In this document: positions 38,249 through 47,867 of the stretch, piece by piece
Layout of the letters: each line of letters opens with the position of its first letter
How positions within the stretch are numbered: position 1 is the stretch's first letter
Assembly: GCA_040772485.1 (NCBI GenBank)
Contig: JAXGYC010000008.1
Location: 416,001 to 480,000 of the forward strand
Origin: Sedimentisphaerales bacterium
GTDB lineage: Bacteria; Planctomycetota; Phycisphaerae; Sedimentisphaerales; Anaerobacaceae
DNA: 64,000 nt
Direction: 5' to 3'
Program-made: the position numbers and the translations under genes
Notes under the pieces: model-generated
Seen by the model: the letters and a program-made list of their open reading frames with translations, nothing else
Told to the model about the DNA's origin: nothing
Database searches by the model: none

Positions 38249-38329
38249 GTTCGTGGTGATCCCGATGGATATCGGGATGAGGCGTTACCTTTGCCGAGAC
38301 AAGTATGCCCTTACGGGCACACTACAAAC
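38249..38329. repeat. GTAG-type REP doublet 2, with an 18-nt palindrome insertion
   Basis: GTTCGTGG TGA[TCCCGATGGATATCGGGA]TGAGGCGTTAC, 14-nt spacer, GTATGCCC TTAC GGGCACA CTACAAAC. Confidence 0.8.
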
Positions 38330-38746
38330 GGCTCATTTCCACTCCCGCCAGGAAACGGGCAATCGCGTCAAGAAACTCGCTGGGTCTTTCGTCCAGATGG
38401 ACGCACGTTACTCATGGAGATCTCTGTAGACGGTATTTGGGGTCCCGATCCGCTATCCATACGGCTTACCGACATGACATCAGGAACCGAACTCTACAAC
38501 TCACCCGGGTATGCCCAGCATTATAGCATGCCCCCCTTGACAGCAGGGCCCGAACTGGAGGTCTTCTCAGTCGACCCGACACACGAATACTGCATGTATG
38601 TACATTTGGTTTCCACCGCCAGCAACGATGGACCATGGAGCGGTTTCGTGAAGGCGACGGTCCCGATCCCTGCCCCCGGCGCGATGGTGCCGGGGCTGTT
38701 CGGCAGCAGTCTTGTCGTTTGGCTGCGGCGACAGAAGAGAGTGTGA
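38330..38746 (+). pseudogene. 5'-truncated PEP-CTERM-like (IPAPGA) surface protein fragment
   Basis: C-terminus VPIPAPGAMVPGLFGSSLVVWLRRQKRV. No signal peptide, and the frame begins inside the REP doublet. Confidence 0.6.
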
Positions 38747-38834
38747 GGACCGTCAACCCCCGCTCGGGACCGGCTCGGCCCTGGACGCGGCCGTGACAAG
38801 AGCAGATCGGGGGCATGTAGTCTCAAAAACGAGC

Positions 38835-38862
38835 GGGGCCTGTACTGTGTCGTACAGGCCCC
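38835..38862 (-). terminator. Intrinsic terminator of the LamG gene
   Basis: Perfect 11-bp stem GGGGCCTGTAC/GTACAGGCCCC, followed on the minus strand by GCTCGTTTTT. Confidence 0.65.
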
Positions 38863-38882
38863 AGATGGTGCTGCTGAATCCG

Positions 38883-38951
38883 GCTTGTAGTGGCGTCGTC
38901 AGACGCTATTCCCGACTACGCCCTGTATGCTCTCACGGGCGCACTACGAAC
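38883..38951. repeat. GTAG-type REP doublet 3
   Basis: GCTTGTAG TGGCGTC GTCA GACGCTAT, 15-nt spacer, GTATGCTC TCAC GGGCGCA CTACGAAC. Confidence 0.8.
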
Positions 38952-38966
38952 GCCGCTTGTGAGACG

Positions 38967-41882
38967 TCAGGGAGCGGCGGGACTGCCACGCGCGATGTCG
39001 TCCACGTAGACAATGCCGGTGCCGCCGGCGCTTGGGCTGGTCGCACTGCCGACGCCGATGGTCATCTTCTCCACCCGGCTGAGGTTCACCCCGCTCAGAT
39101 CGCTGTACGGGATCGCCCATTCCTGCCATGTCGGACGTTGTGTGATGGACGCATCTGCGTTCACGACCGTCTTGGTCTTGCCCGCGCTGTCTTCGATCCT
39201 CAGGTACATCGACTCAGGCGAGTTGCCCACCGGCTGGGTGATGCCGATGTCCGCCGTCTGCCAGGCACCCGTCACGGTGCCGGTCGTCGAGACGTTCGAA
39301 AACTCGGCCGCTGTCACAGCCACGGCATCGTGACTGGTCACCGCCAACCCGATGTAGACGTTGCTGGCCATCATGATGTCCACCGGCGCCGTGGCTGGGA
39401 TGTCCGTCCAGGTGACGCCGTCGGCCGACCGTTGAGCGGTGAAGACGTTGCCCGTGCGGGTCAACTTCACCCAATGCGGGATATCGACATCGGCCACGTC
39501 CGTGTTGGCGCTGTCCCCGCCGGCAATCGGACGACGCTGGAACGACACGCCATGCGACGCCTCCGGCGTCACCGCCACGAACGCGTGCTTCGAGCCTGGT
39601 TCGAGCGTCTCGCGGATCATCACGCCCGCCTTGGCCCATTCATTGCTGCGCACCAGACTGTCGACGCGCACCACGATGGAGCCGTTGCCGCTGAGGCTCT
39701 TGTGGGCAAAGCGGAACTGATCGGCCGTACCCCAGATGTCGGTGCCGATGGCGCTCATGAGGATGCTCCCATCGGCGCCTTCCACGAAATCGGGCGCGTT
39801 GCCCCGCACGTAGAGCACCAGCGTGTCGGCGCCATTGCCCGTCCAATCCTGCGCGGAATCGAATTCCCGCTCGGCCTCGGAATAGAACGGCGAGACCGAG
39901 TTGTCGTATTGGAGTGGCATCGACTGCTTGCCGCCATGAACGATCGTCTTCTCGGCGAACGGAGCGTCAAGGTAGCCCACGGTCGAGCCGGTGTCGTTGG
40001 TCCAGCCATCGATCCACGTGTCGAAGATCGTCGTGCCGGCCTCGAGGTCGTCGGTGTAGCTCTCAAAATCGTCGACCATTGCGTATTCGATCGTCGAGAA
40101 GCTCCAGACGTCCCCTTCCCAGAAGCCGGCGCCGGCTTCGTTGACCTCGTTGACCTTCCAATAGTAGATGGAGCCGAAGTCCAGCCCGCCAAGTTCATAA
40201 CGGCTTTCGCCGAGCGTGCCGACCAAGGCGCTGCCATCGATCACGGCCGCCTGGTCCGTGCTGACGTACAGCTCGTGCGCTGCGGCCCTGCGCCCACCTC
40301 GCCAGTCGAGCGCCACGTTGAGAGGCACATCCGCTTGTCCGACCGCCGGCTGAGGCTCGCGCGCCTGAACGGGCAAATACGTGAAGCGGACTTCGCTCAA
40401 TCCATACTGCGGCATCACGCCCATGTTCCAGTTGGACTTCACCGCGATCCGGACATACCTGGCGGCCACCTGCCTCAGGTCCAGAATCGTGTTGGCGGCG
40501 TAATCCGACCGGGCGGTCGCCTTGGCGAACTCCACGTCACCGAAGACGGTCCACTCGGCGCCGTCGATGGAGTGTTCGATGGTCACGTCCTTGAGTCCGA
40601 AGCCCAGAACGAGCTCGAACCTGCTGTTGTAGTTCCAGACTTCCATCTCCCAGAGCTGGTAGATCTGATCGAACTCGTATTGGATCCAGATGGGCGTTGC
40701 ATCCGTCGGAGAGGCCAGCCACATGTCCGTCGCCTCGGTGGAGTGCTGGTCCTGGGCGTTCAGGCCGGAGCCGTCGATCGTGCTCTGTGCGGGAGAATCA
40801 GCATCAGCCAGGGATGCAGTAGCTATGATGTTCGTGATCGGATAGACATAGGGCTCGACCGTGAAGCTCCACACGCCGCCTTTGTGGATGCCAAAGTCCG
40901 GCGCCCCGTTGACTTCATCGACCCGCCAGTAGTAGGTCTGACTGAAGTCCAGCAGGCCGGGAGGATCAAAGGTCAGTCCGGTCTGCCCCTGACTGGCAAG
41001 AACGCCCAACGGATTGCTCCGTTCGGCCGCCGCGACATCTTCGGGGCTGCTTCCGAAGTACACGTCGTGCGATGCGGCGGACTCGCCGGGCGACCAGGAG
41101 AGAATCACATCCTGCGGGATGTCCGTGGAACCGTCCGCCGGAACGGGCGCTGTGGCGGAGGTGTAATCACCCACCATGACCTGCTGCAACTGGATTCCTG
41201 TCAGAACCGTGTCGTAGATCCGCACTTCGTCGATGGTGCCGACAAAGGTCTCGTCATTGCTGGAATCCACACAGCCAATCGTCACAGGCGTAGCGTTCGC
41301 GGACTCTCTGAGCGTAGCGCTCCCGGTTGAAACCTGCTCGCCATTGATGTACTGCACCCCGGCGCCGTTGTCCCAGGTCACAGCCACGTGAACCCACTCA
41401 TTCGCATAGGGCACGAGCAGGGCATTGCCCCACCCGAAACTCGTACCGCCTCCGTCATAGTCAGCTCGAAACAAGAAATCGCCGGCCGGGTTGGTCTGCC
41501 AGAACCACTTGATCGTGGCGCCGGTGGTACTCCAGCCGAGACGTTTGCCGATGATGCCCTGCTGGGAGATGCTGTGGTTGCGCCCCTCCCAGTTGATCCA
41601 GGCGGCCAGGGTCATGGCGTTGTTTGCCGCCGTGGGATCGATCGGACCGATCACGATTCGTTCGCCAGCCGTGTCGAAATGCACGCCACCGCCCTTGTAG
41701 CCGGCGACCCACTGCACCCCGCTGTTGAGGGCGCCGTCGTTGCCGTTGCCGGTGGCGTCGACGGTCTCCGTTCCCTGGCCTTCCTCGAAGGGATAGTAGG
41801 CGATCAATTCCGCCAAGGCACTGCCGGCGGACATGCCCACCACCAGGAGCCATACCATGAGGGAAATCGGTTTGCGCGACAT
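38967..41882 (-). CDS. Secreted LamG-jellyroll + FN3-like + discoidin multidomain protein
   Basis: Signal peptide, LamG motifs (TLAAWIN, WVHVAVTWD, IDEVRIYD), YYWRVDEVN repeats, discoidin YGLSEVRF, WAKAGVMIRE module. Confidence 0.92.
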   Translation of the reverse strand: MSRKPISLMVWLLVVGMSAGSALAELIAYYPFEEGQGTETVDATGNGNDGALNSGVQWVAGYKGGGVHFDTAGERIVIGPIDPTAANNAMTLAAWINWEGRNHSISQQGIIGKRLGWSTTGATIKWFWQTNPAGDFLFRADYDGGGTSFGWGNALLVPYANEWVHVAVTWDNGAGVQYINGEQVSTGSATLRESANATPVTIGCVDSSNDETFVGTIDEVRIYDTVLTGIQLQQVMVGDYTSATAPVPADGSTDIPQDVILSWSPGESAASHDVYFGSSPEDVAAAERSNPLGVLASQGQTGLTFDPPGLLDFSQTYYWRVDEVNGAPDFGIHKGGVWSFTVEPYVYPITNIIATASLADADSPAQSTIDGSGLNAQDQHSTEATDMWLASPTDATPIWIQYEFDQIYQLWEMEVWNYNSRFELVLGFGLKDVTIEHSIDGAEWTVFGDVEFAKATARSDYAANTILDLRQVAARYVRIAVKSNWNMGVMPQYGLSEVRFTYLPVQAREPQPAVGQADVPLNVALDWRGGRRAAAHELYVSTDQAAVIDGSALVGTLGESRYELGGLDFGSIYYWKVNEVNEAGAGFWEGDVWSFSTIEYAMVDDFESYTDDLEAGTTIFDTWIDGWTNDTGSTVGYLDAPFAEKTIVHGGKQSMPLQYDNSVSPFYSEAEREFDSAQDWTGNGADTLVLYVRGNAPDFVEGADGSILMSAIGTDIWGTADQFRFAHKSLSGNGSIVVRVDSLVRSNEWAKAGVMIRETLEPGSKHAFVAVTPEASHGVSFQRRPIAGGDSANTDVADVDIPHWVKLTRTGNVFTAQRSADGVTWTDIPATAPVDIMMASNVYIGLAVTSHDAVAVTAAEFSNVSTTGTVTGAWQTADIGITQPVGNSPESMYLRIEDSAGKTKTVVNADASITQRPTWQEWAIPYSDLSGVNLSRVEKMTIGVGSATSPSAGGTGIVYVDDIARGSPAAP

Positions 41883-42215
41883 GTCTGTCCTCCTCTAACT
41901 GATGTGTCATAGTCGGAGCGTATATGCGTGGCGACCGCAGGGGCGAACAATCCTTCGCCCGCACCTGGTCCGCACGACAACATTCCGGGATCGCTCAGGA
42001 GTGTCTCGTCTGACCGACCAGACCGGATACAGCCTCACAAGCTCCGCCTCGGTTGTACGCCGCACGCGATTCGCAGGAAGAGGCGGAACAGACCAGAACC
42101 GACCAACGAACTGATTCTATTCGATCTGCCTCCTCATGTCAAGCGCCGCCCACGCCGGGTTCGTCCGCCGGGGGCGCCCTGGCGCCCGGTGACGGGAATC
42201 GGTCGATTGTCGGGG

Positions 42216-43550
42216 CTATTTCCCAATGCAGTACAGGTGTTTTCGCCCGCGAAGGAAGAGCCGGCCTCCCGACGTGGCCGGAGAGGCGCAGAAGGTCTCG
42301 TCGAGCTTGTTGACCGCGAGGATTTCGAATTGCGGCCCCTGTCTAACGACGTAGCATTCGCCGTCTTCGGTCTGGATGTAGATCCTGCCATCGGCCGCCA
42401 CTGGCGATGCGGTGATCGTATTTCGGCTGCCGAGGGACTGCCGCTCGTACACGACCTGGCCGGTCATGGCCTCATAGCAGGTCAGCGTTCCCCGGTCGAG
42501 CGGCACATAAAGGTAACGGTCGATGGCAATGGGGCTGGTCACGTACGGACCACCCATGGAATGCCACCAGGCAACACCCTCCGTGTGAGGCTGGTTCTTG
42601 GCCGGCGTGATATCGCCGGAGGCCCCCGCACGAACGGCGATGATCGGCTGCGGCCGCAGCAGGTTGTGCCCGGATGAAAGGAACACCAGCCCCTGCGCGG
42701 CGACCGGCGAGGGAACCGAGATCATCGATCCGCCGGCACACTCCCACAGCAGCTTTCCGGTGACAGCGTCATAGCCTCGCATGCGATGCGTCGCGTTGGT
42801 TACAACGGTTGTCCGACCGCCCGCTTCGAACAGAAACGGCGTCCCCCACGAGGCGCCCTCCTCCCGCGCCGTGCGCCAAACCGGATTGCCCGTGGCTTTG
42901 TCGAACGCCGTGATGCACGACTCGTCATCGTTGTCGCCCGCAAGGATCACCATGTTCTGAAACAGGATCGGCGAAGCGCCGGTTCCCCAACCTCGCTTGC
43001 CGCGCAGGAGCCCGAGATCGCGCTTCCAGGTCACGTGGCCTTCGAAGTCGAGGCAGTACAGACCCGCCGAACCGAACGAAGCAAACACGCCTGTACCGTC
43101 CGTAACGGGCGTTTCGGAGGCATAGGTGTTCTTCGTGTGGCGTCGCGTCTTGGGCCGCTGCTGCACAACGGTCGTCGACCACAGGATTGGTCCTCCGTCG
43201 GCGTCGAGACAGAGGACGCGGTAGGCGTATTCCGACTCGTCGGGCTTGGCGCGGTTGCCCCCCATGTACACGCCGCCGCGAAACGTTTCGACGTTGGGGT
43301 CCTGGGCGACAGCCGTAGTCACGAAGATGTGGCTGCCCCATACGATCGGCGAGGAGTGGCCGGCGCCGGGAATGGGGGTTTTCCATTTGACGCCTTCGGA
43401 CTCGCTCCATGTCAGAGGCAGGTCCGCGTCGGACGAGAGGCCGCTGCCGTCGCCGCGCCAGCCCGGCCAATTGCCCGCCGCGCCGGCGGTAGCCAGTAGC
43501 GTGACGCACCAGCCCACGACGAAACGTTTTCGTATGTGTCCAGTGCCCAT
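42216..43550 (-). CDS. PQQ-binding-like beta-propeller protein
   Basis: NWPGWRGDG, GHSSPIVWG, YASETPVTDG, ASP repeats. A family typical of planctomycetes. Confidence 0.92.
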   Translation of the reverse strand: MGTGHIRKRFVVGWCVTLLATAGAAGNWPGWRGDGSGLSSDADLPLTWSESEGVKWKTPIPGAGHSSPIVWGSHIFVTTAVAQDPNVETFRGGVYMGGNRAKPDESEYAYRVLCLDADGGPILWSTTVVQQRPKTRRHTKNTYASETPVTDGTGVFASFGSAGLYCLDFEGHVTWKRDLGLLRGKRGWGTGASPILFQNMVILAGDNDDESCITAFDKATGNPVWRTAREEGASWGTPFLFEAGGRTTVVTNATHRMRGYDAVTGKLLWECAGGSMISVPSPVAAQGLVFLSSGHNLLRPQPIIAVRAGASGDITPAKNQPHTEGVAWWHSMGGPYVTSPIAIDRYLYVPLDRGTLTCYEAMTGQVVYERQSLGSRNTITASPVAADGRIYIQTEDGECYVVRQGPQFEILAVNKLDETFCASPATSGGRLFLRGRKHLYCIGK

Positions 43551-44120
43551 TTCAGGTCCTCCGATCATTCACTCCGGGAAGCCGGAAAACCACGGATCAC
43601 GATTCCATGCCCTATTACACCCCCGACGCCCGCGTCTGTATATGGCGAAAGTCGTCTGGATGGCCAGCCAGACAACGTTCCACGTAGTAGTTGTCCTTTT
43701 CCATTTCCATCGTCGATACCCCAAGAGACCGAAGTCCGATCCACACTTTCACCATATAGTGAGGCTCATCTCCGCCTTGCGACACGAAAAGACGCGAAAC
43801 AGCCCCCCACCCAGGAAAAAAATAAAAATCAAGTGAAATGCTCATTGATCTCAGACGTCAAGTAGGTAGGAATCGGAAGGAAAGGCGTGTGGAGAAATCG
43901 GCCGGCATCACGGCGGCTCACCAGCGAGATCGGCACCGGCGCGGGATTCGGACAGCCGTCTGAGACGCGGAGCGGATCTTCAAACGCGGAGTATGTCTAT
44001 CAACGGGCAATTGCCGGAAACGGCAGCTGCCGGACATCGTGAGAGGGACCGACGTCTATGTCGTGGCACGATGGCGCAATTTGTCTAAACACATCGACCA
44101 ATAGCCGGCCGAACATCTCC

Positions 44121-44192
44121 GATCTCCAATTTCGGATTGTGGATTCGCCAACGCAACGCGATCCGCAATCCGCAATCTCCAGTCCGCAATCC
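44121..44192. repeat. Inverted heptamer tandem repeat
   Basis: AATTTCG GATTGTG GATT ... CGATCCG CAATCCG CAATCTC CAGTCCG CAATCC. Confidence 0.75.
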
Positions 44193-44419
44193 TGCGACTG
44201 CCCGGGCCCGTCGGCACAAACCACCGTCTCCTGCGACCGCAGAGGAATGACAACCTCACGCCGGATTCGTGGCCCGCCGCAATCGTCGCGCGGCGGTATT
44301 CACCTCTGTTGACTGAATCCCTATGGACTTGAAACTGCGTCGGGACGGTATGGCTCGGACCCGCGGAGGAGTTCGCGCCTGTGAGTTCTGCGCGGAGTGT
44401 GCGAAAGGAGCAACGAAAC

Positions 44420-45814
44420 ATGGTGACACCAAGAAGGAACCTTCCGATGACGGTCTTTCTCGCGGCGATGATCGTCGTCTGTATGACGGGACGGTATTCG
44501 GCGATGGCACAGGACGATCCCAACGAACCCCCTTTCCTGTTCGTGAGTGCAGGCGGTCCCTACCAGGGCACCGTGGGCGTCCCGATCGAGTTCAACGCGA
44601 GCACCTCCTACCTCTCGGATGGCAGCACGATCGAGGGCTACTACTGGGACTGGGACATGGACAAGAACTACGAATGCGTCACGCTGCCGATCTGCACCCA
44701 CACCTGGCACAGCGCGTTCCAGGGCGAAGTGTGGCTGCACGTATGGGGGCCGGGCGACACCATCATCTGGGACAAGGCGAGCGTCACCGTCACGGGCCCG
44801 GAGACCATCCTCACCTTCACGCTGAGATCGACGTCGACGGACCTGCACGTGTATGATCCGAGCAAACGGCACGTGGGAATGAACTACGCCTCCGGAACGG
44901 TGGATCGGAGAATCCCGGGCTCGTCTTATGCGCGGACGGCCGTCCTCGCGGGGCAGAGCGATCCGGACTCGACGCAAACGGTCGCGCTGCCCCTCTACGC
45001 GGCGGGCGACTACAAGGTCAAACTCGTGGGCGCGGCCGACGACTCCTTCCAGTTGGACATTGCTGCGGTTCGCGACGGGCAGACCGTCGTCGAACAGATC
45101 TACGCAGGCGAAGTCTGCCGGGGCGAGAGCGTTGCCCTGAACGTCTGTGCGGGTTGTCCCAACGGCCAGATGGAGATGATGTGCGGCGAGCTGACGTGCT
45201 GTCCGGGCCTGGCGATCGCACCCGACGAGGTCACGCTGACCGTGGAGCCGGACGCGGCGTATGATGTCACCCTCCAGATCTGCGAGACGTACGGGAAGAT
45301 CCCGCTGGAATCGGTTACGCTGCAATGCGGCCACATCACCGGACCGGGCAACCTGATCGCCAGTTCAAATGTCTCGTTCGATTGCAGCGGCTTCCGGGTC
45401 GAGCCCGGCGGCCAGCAGGAGGTCCATGTACGCATCGCCACACCGAAGGCTTTCCAGGGCAAGGCCACCGGCTCCATCTCCGTGACGTGCTCGGCCGGCA
45501 TCAGCACAACCGTGCCCGTGACACTCAGGACACCGGGGGCCTGCGTGCCGGTCACCGTCCAGATCGGGCCCTACACGGGCACCGTCGGAACCCCCATCAC
45601 GTTCGATGCCAGCGAGTGCCACGACCCGGACGGGTACATCGATCAGTACGCGTGGGACTGGGACAACGACGGACATATCGACGAATACACGATGATGCCC
45701 ACCATCAGGCACACCTGGGACAGCGAGTTCTCGGGAACGGTGATTTGCCTCGTAATCGACAACGATGGATTCATCAACAGCATGAAGGTGGAGGTCACTG
45801 TAACCGCCCCGTAG
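44420..45814 (+). CDS. Secreted protein with two PKD domains
   Basis: AAGGAG SD, signal peptide, two GPY.GTVG.PI.F.AS...YxWDWD modules. Confidence 0.88.
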   Translation: MVTPRRNLPMTVFLAAMIVVCMTGRYSAMAQDDPNEPPFLFVSAGGPYQGTVGVPIEFNASTSYLSDGSTIEGYYWDWDMDKNYECVTLPICTHTWHSAFQGEVWLHVWGPGDTIIWDKASVTVTGPETILTFTLRSTSTDLHVYDPSKRHVGMNYASGTVDRRIPGSSYARTAVLAGQSDPDSTQTVALPLYAAGDYKVKLVGAADDSFQLDIAAVRDGQTVVEQIYAGEVCRGESVALNVCAGCPNGQMEMMCGELTCCPGLAIAPDEVTLTVEPDAAYDVTLQICETYGKIPLESVTLQCGHITGPGNLIASSNVSFDCSGFRVEPGGQQEVHVRIATPKAFQGKATGSISVTCSAGISTTVPVTLRTPGACVPVTVQIGPYTGTVGTPITFDASECHDPDGYIDQYAWDWDNDGHIDEYTMMPTIRHTWDSEFSGTVICLVIDNDGFINSMKVEVTVTAP

Positions 45815-45826
45815 GGGCCAACGCAA

Positions 45827-45863
45827 AGGGGCCGGTCCCGACAACCATCGGGACCCGGCCCCT
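45827..45863. terminator. Hairpin between convergent genes (likely bidirectional terminator)
   Basis: AGGGGCCGG-TCCCGA / TCGGGA-C-CCGGCCCCT. Confidence 0.6.
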
Positions 45864-45887
45864 GTCTTCTCGAATCGCGCCCGGCGC

Positions 45888-47222
45888 CTATCGGAACAGC
45901 TCTTCTGGTGCAATGGCCTTGACGCTCAGGTCGGCATAGATCACGCGATGCATCGACGAGCCCTCCGGACAGTACCAGAAGATCGGCGTCTGCGGGTCGC
46001 CAAAGACAACGTTCTGCCCCGCATAGCGCCACGTGCCGGCCGGCAGCTTGCTCATGAACACCATCCCGTTGTACATGACCTGCAACTGATTGGTCTCGTA
46101 TCCTGGGGCGGTCTGACCGACAAATTTGCCTTCGCTCGCCATCCGCATGGTCACCGTTGCGATTTCTGGACCACTGACCGTTGGCGGAAACGTGTGGTCG
46201 ACCGTCCACTTCGACCAGAGACGCAGGAACTCGATGAGGTCTGCCTCGCCCGTCCCGGTAACATCGGCCTGGAGCACATCCCCGAAGAGTGTGTAACCGG
46301 CCGGAGGATCGAGGCTGAAGAGCGAATCATCCAGTTGGATATCGACCTGGAAGTCACTGAGGACCATGTCCATCCCAGGGGCGCTGGCGAAGGACATCTC
46401 CACGCGAGCTAGATCGCCCGTCTTCGGATCGATCCACACCTCGGTCGTCACGTCGCCTTGGTGGACACGATATCCTTCCAGATGGCGCGCGTCGATCTGC
46501 CGGCGGCCCAGCGCCTCGTCCGCCTGGCCCGGGAGGGCGCGCAACTTCTCCACGGAGAGGTACGGTCCCATGTCCTGCTTATCGGGCAGGTTGGAAAACT
46601 CGAACCGGGCGTACTGCTTCACGCCAGGGATGCAGGTGATTCCCTTGACGCCGTCTTCGAGTGTGTGAACGACCGTCACGTATCCGTCTGCGGTGGTCGT
46701 TCTCGCATAGCCGGGCTCCTTGAAGGCGATTTGCGTTCGGACCGTCGGCATGCTTTCCACACCGGTCTTGTTGACGACGCTAAAGGTCAGGGTTCGGGCG
46801 TTGCGCAGCGAGTCTACGACCTGGGCGTAGGCGCTGGTTGCGCCGGCGCCGGTGAACGTGTACAAAGCGAGGGCCAAGCCCACGACGATCAGGGCCGCGA
46901 CAGCAACTTTCGTAACTCCACTTCTCATGGCGATTCTCCATATTCTCGCGCCGCCGGAGTCGAGTCCGAGGCGCGGTCGTTCCATTCGTTCCTGGGTCGC
47001 GGCCGACAGGACTCTGCGCCCCGCCGACTCGCACGCTTGCCGATCTACCGATTGCTCGCCCAGACAGGCGATGCGCGCCAGCAGTCGTTCCTGCTGCTCC
47101 AGATCCTGCCGACACCGAGAGCATTCCGCTACATGGCGGCGCACCTGCGAAGCCTGCGTCGGGTCCAGCTCGCCCAACGCGAACGCCGGAAGAAGTCTGT
47201 TGATTTGTCTGTGGCGATTCAT
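45888..47222 (-). CDS. ZAS (zf-HC2) anti-sigma factor with LolA-like periplasmic domain
   Basis: HVAECSRC (HxxxCxxC), single TM, VWIDPKTG and DDSLFSLDPPAGY. Downstream of an ECF gene. Confidence 0.88.
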   Translation of the reverse strand: MNRHRQINRLLPAFALGELDPTQASQVRRHVAECSRCRQDLEQQERLLARIACLGEQSVDRQACESAGRRVLSAATQERMERPRLGLDSGGARIWRIAMRSGVTKVAVAALIVVGLALALYTFTGAGATSAYAQVVDSLRNARTLTFSVVNKTGVESMPTVRTQIAFKEPGYARTTTADGYVTVVHTLEDGVKGITCIPGVKQYARFEFSNLPDKQDMGPYLSVEKLRALPGQADEALGRRQIDARHLEGYRVHQGDVTTEVWIDPKTGDLARVEMSFASAPGMDMVLSDFQVDIQLDDSLFSLDPPAGYTLFGDVLQADVTGTGEADLIEFLRLWSKWTVDHTFPPTVSGPEIATVTMRMASEGKFVGQTAPGYETNQLQVMYNGMVFMSKLPAGTWRYAGQNVVFGDPQTPIFWYCPEGSSMHRVIYADLSVKAIAPEELFR

Positions 47223-47236
47223 ACACTACCTTTCAC

Positions 47237-47785
47237 TCAGCCCAGATAGGGCTTCAACTCGCGACCGAGCTTCTTCAACGCACGATGGAGATGGACGCGA
47301 ACCGTCTGGTCCGAGCAGCCGAGGATCTCGGCCACTTTCGCTGTCGACAGACCTTCCAGGCGCAGCAGCACAAACGCATCCGCCTGATGGGCCGGCAGCT
47401 TCGCCAGCGCCGCTCCCAGCTTCTGCCGGAGCTCATCGGCCTGCATGTCGCCGTCGGGCCGGCGGTCGTCCCAGTCCGGCCCCGGCGGAGCTTGCTGGTG
47501 GTACCCGTTGGCCCGCCGCGCAACCTCCAGAGCCTTTCGCACCGTCGCCCGGTACAGATACGCGGGCCAGCAGGTCTGTCCGTTGTAGCTGGGCCAGCGA
47601 CGCCAGATGGATAAGAACACCTCCTGGTGGACATCGTTGGCCAGATTCACATCACCCAGCACGCGCAGAGCCGTGTTGAGGACCTGCCGGCCGTACTCAT
47701 GGACCAGATTCTCGAAGTTCCTGTCGGACAAAGCCGTACTGCCCTGCAAAACGATCGTTTCCAAGCCGTGACCTCCCGACGACAC
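47237..47785 (-). CDS. ECF RNA polymerase sigma factor
   Basis: ANDVHQEVF, WPAYLYR, EGLSTAKVAEILGCSDQTVRVHLHRA. Start uncertain. Confidence 0.92.
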   Translation of the reverse strand: MSSGGHGLETIVLQGSTALSDRNFENLVHEYGRQVLNTALRVLGDVNLANDVHQEVFLSIWRRWPSYNGQTCWPAYLYRATVRKALEVARRANGYHQQAPPGPDWDDRRPDGDMQADELRQKLGAALAKLPAHQADAFVLLRLEGLSTAKVAEILGCSDQTVRVHLHRALKKLGRELKPYLG

Positions 47786-47867
47786 CAGCGAAATCGGGGT
47801 CGAGATCTCTACCCCTATAGAGCCGTCGTGGTGTCCAGGCGTTTACAGGAAAACCAATGGTGATTCT

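Noticed and set aside
31689..38951. CRISPR array interpretation of the short repeats
   Set aside because: The repeats are dispersed inverted pairs with no regular spacers, and there are no cas genes.
43536..43865. Small ORFs in the 43.55-44.4 kb gap
   Set aside because: No SD, codon bias or motifs, so they cannot be supported as genes.
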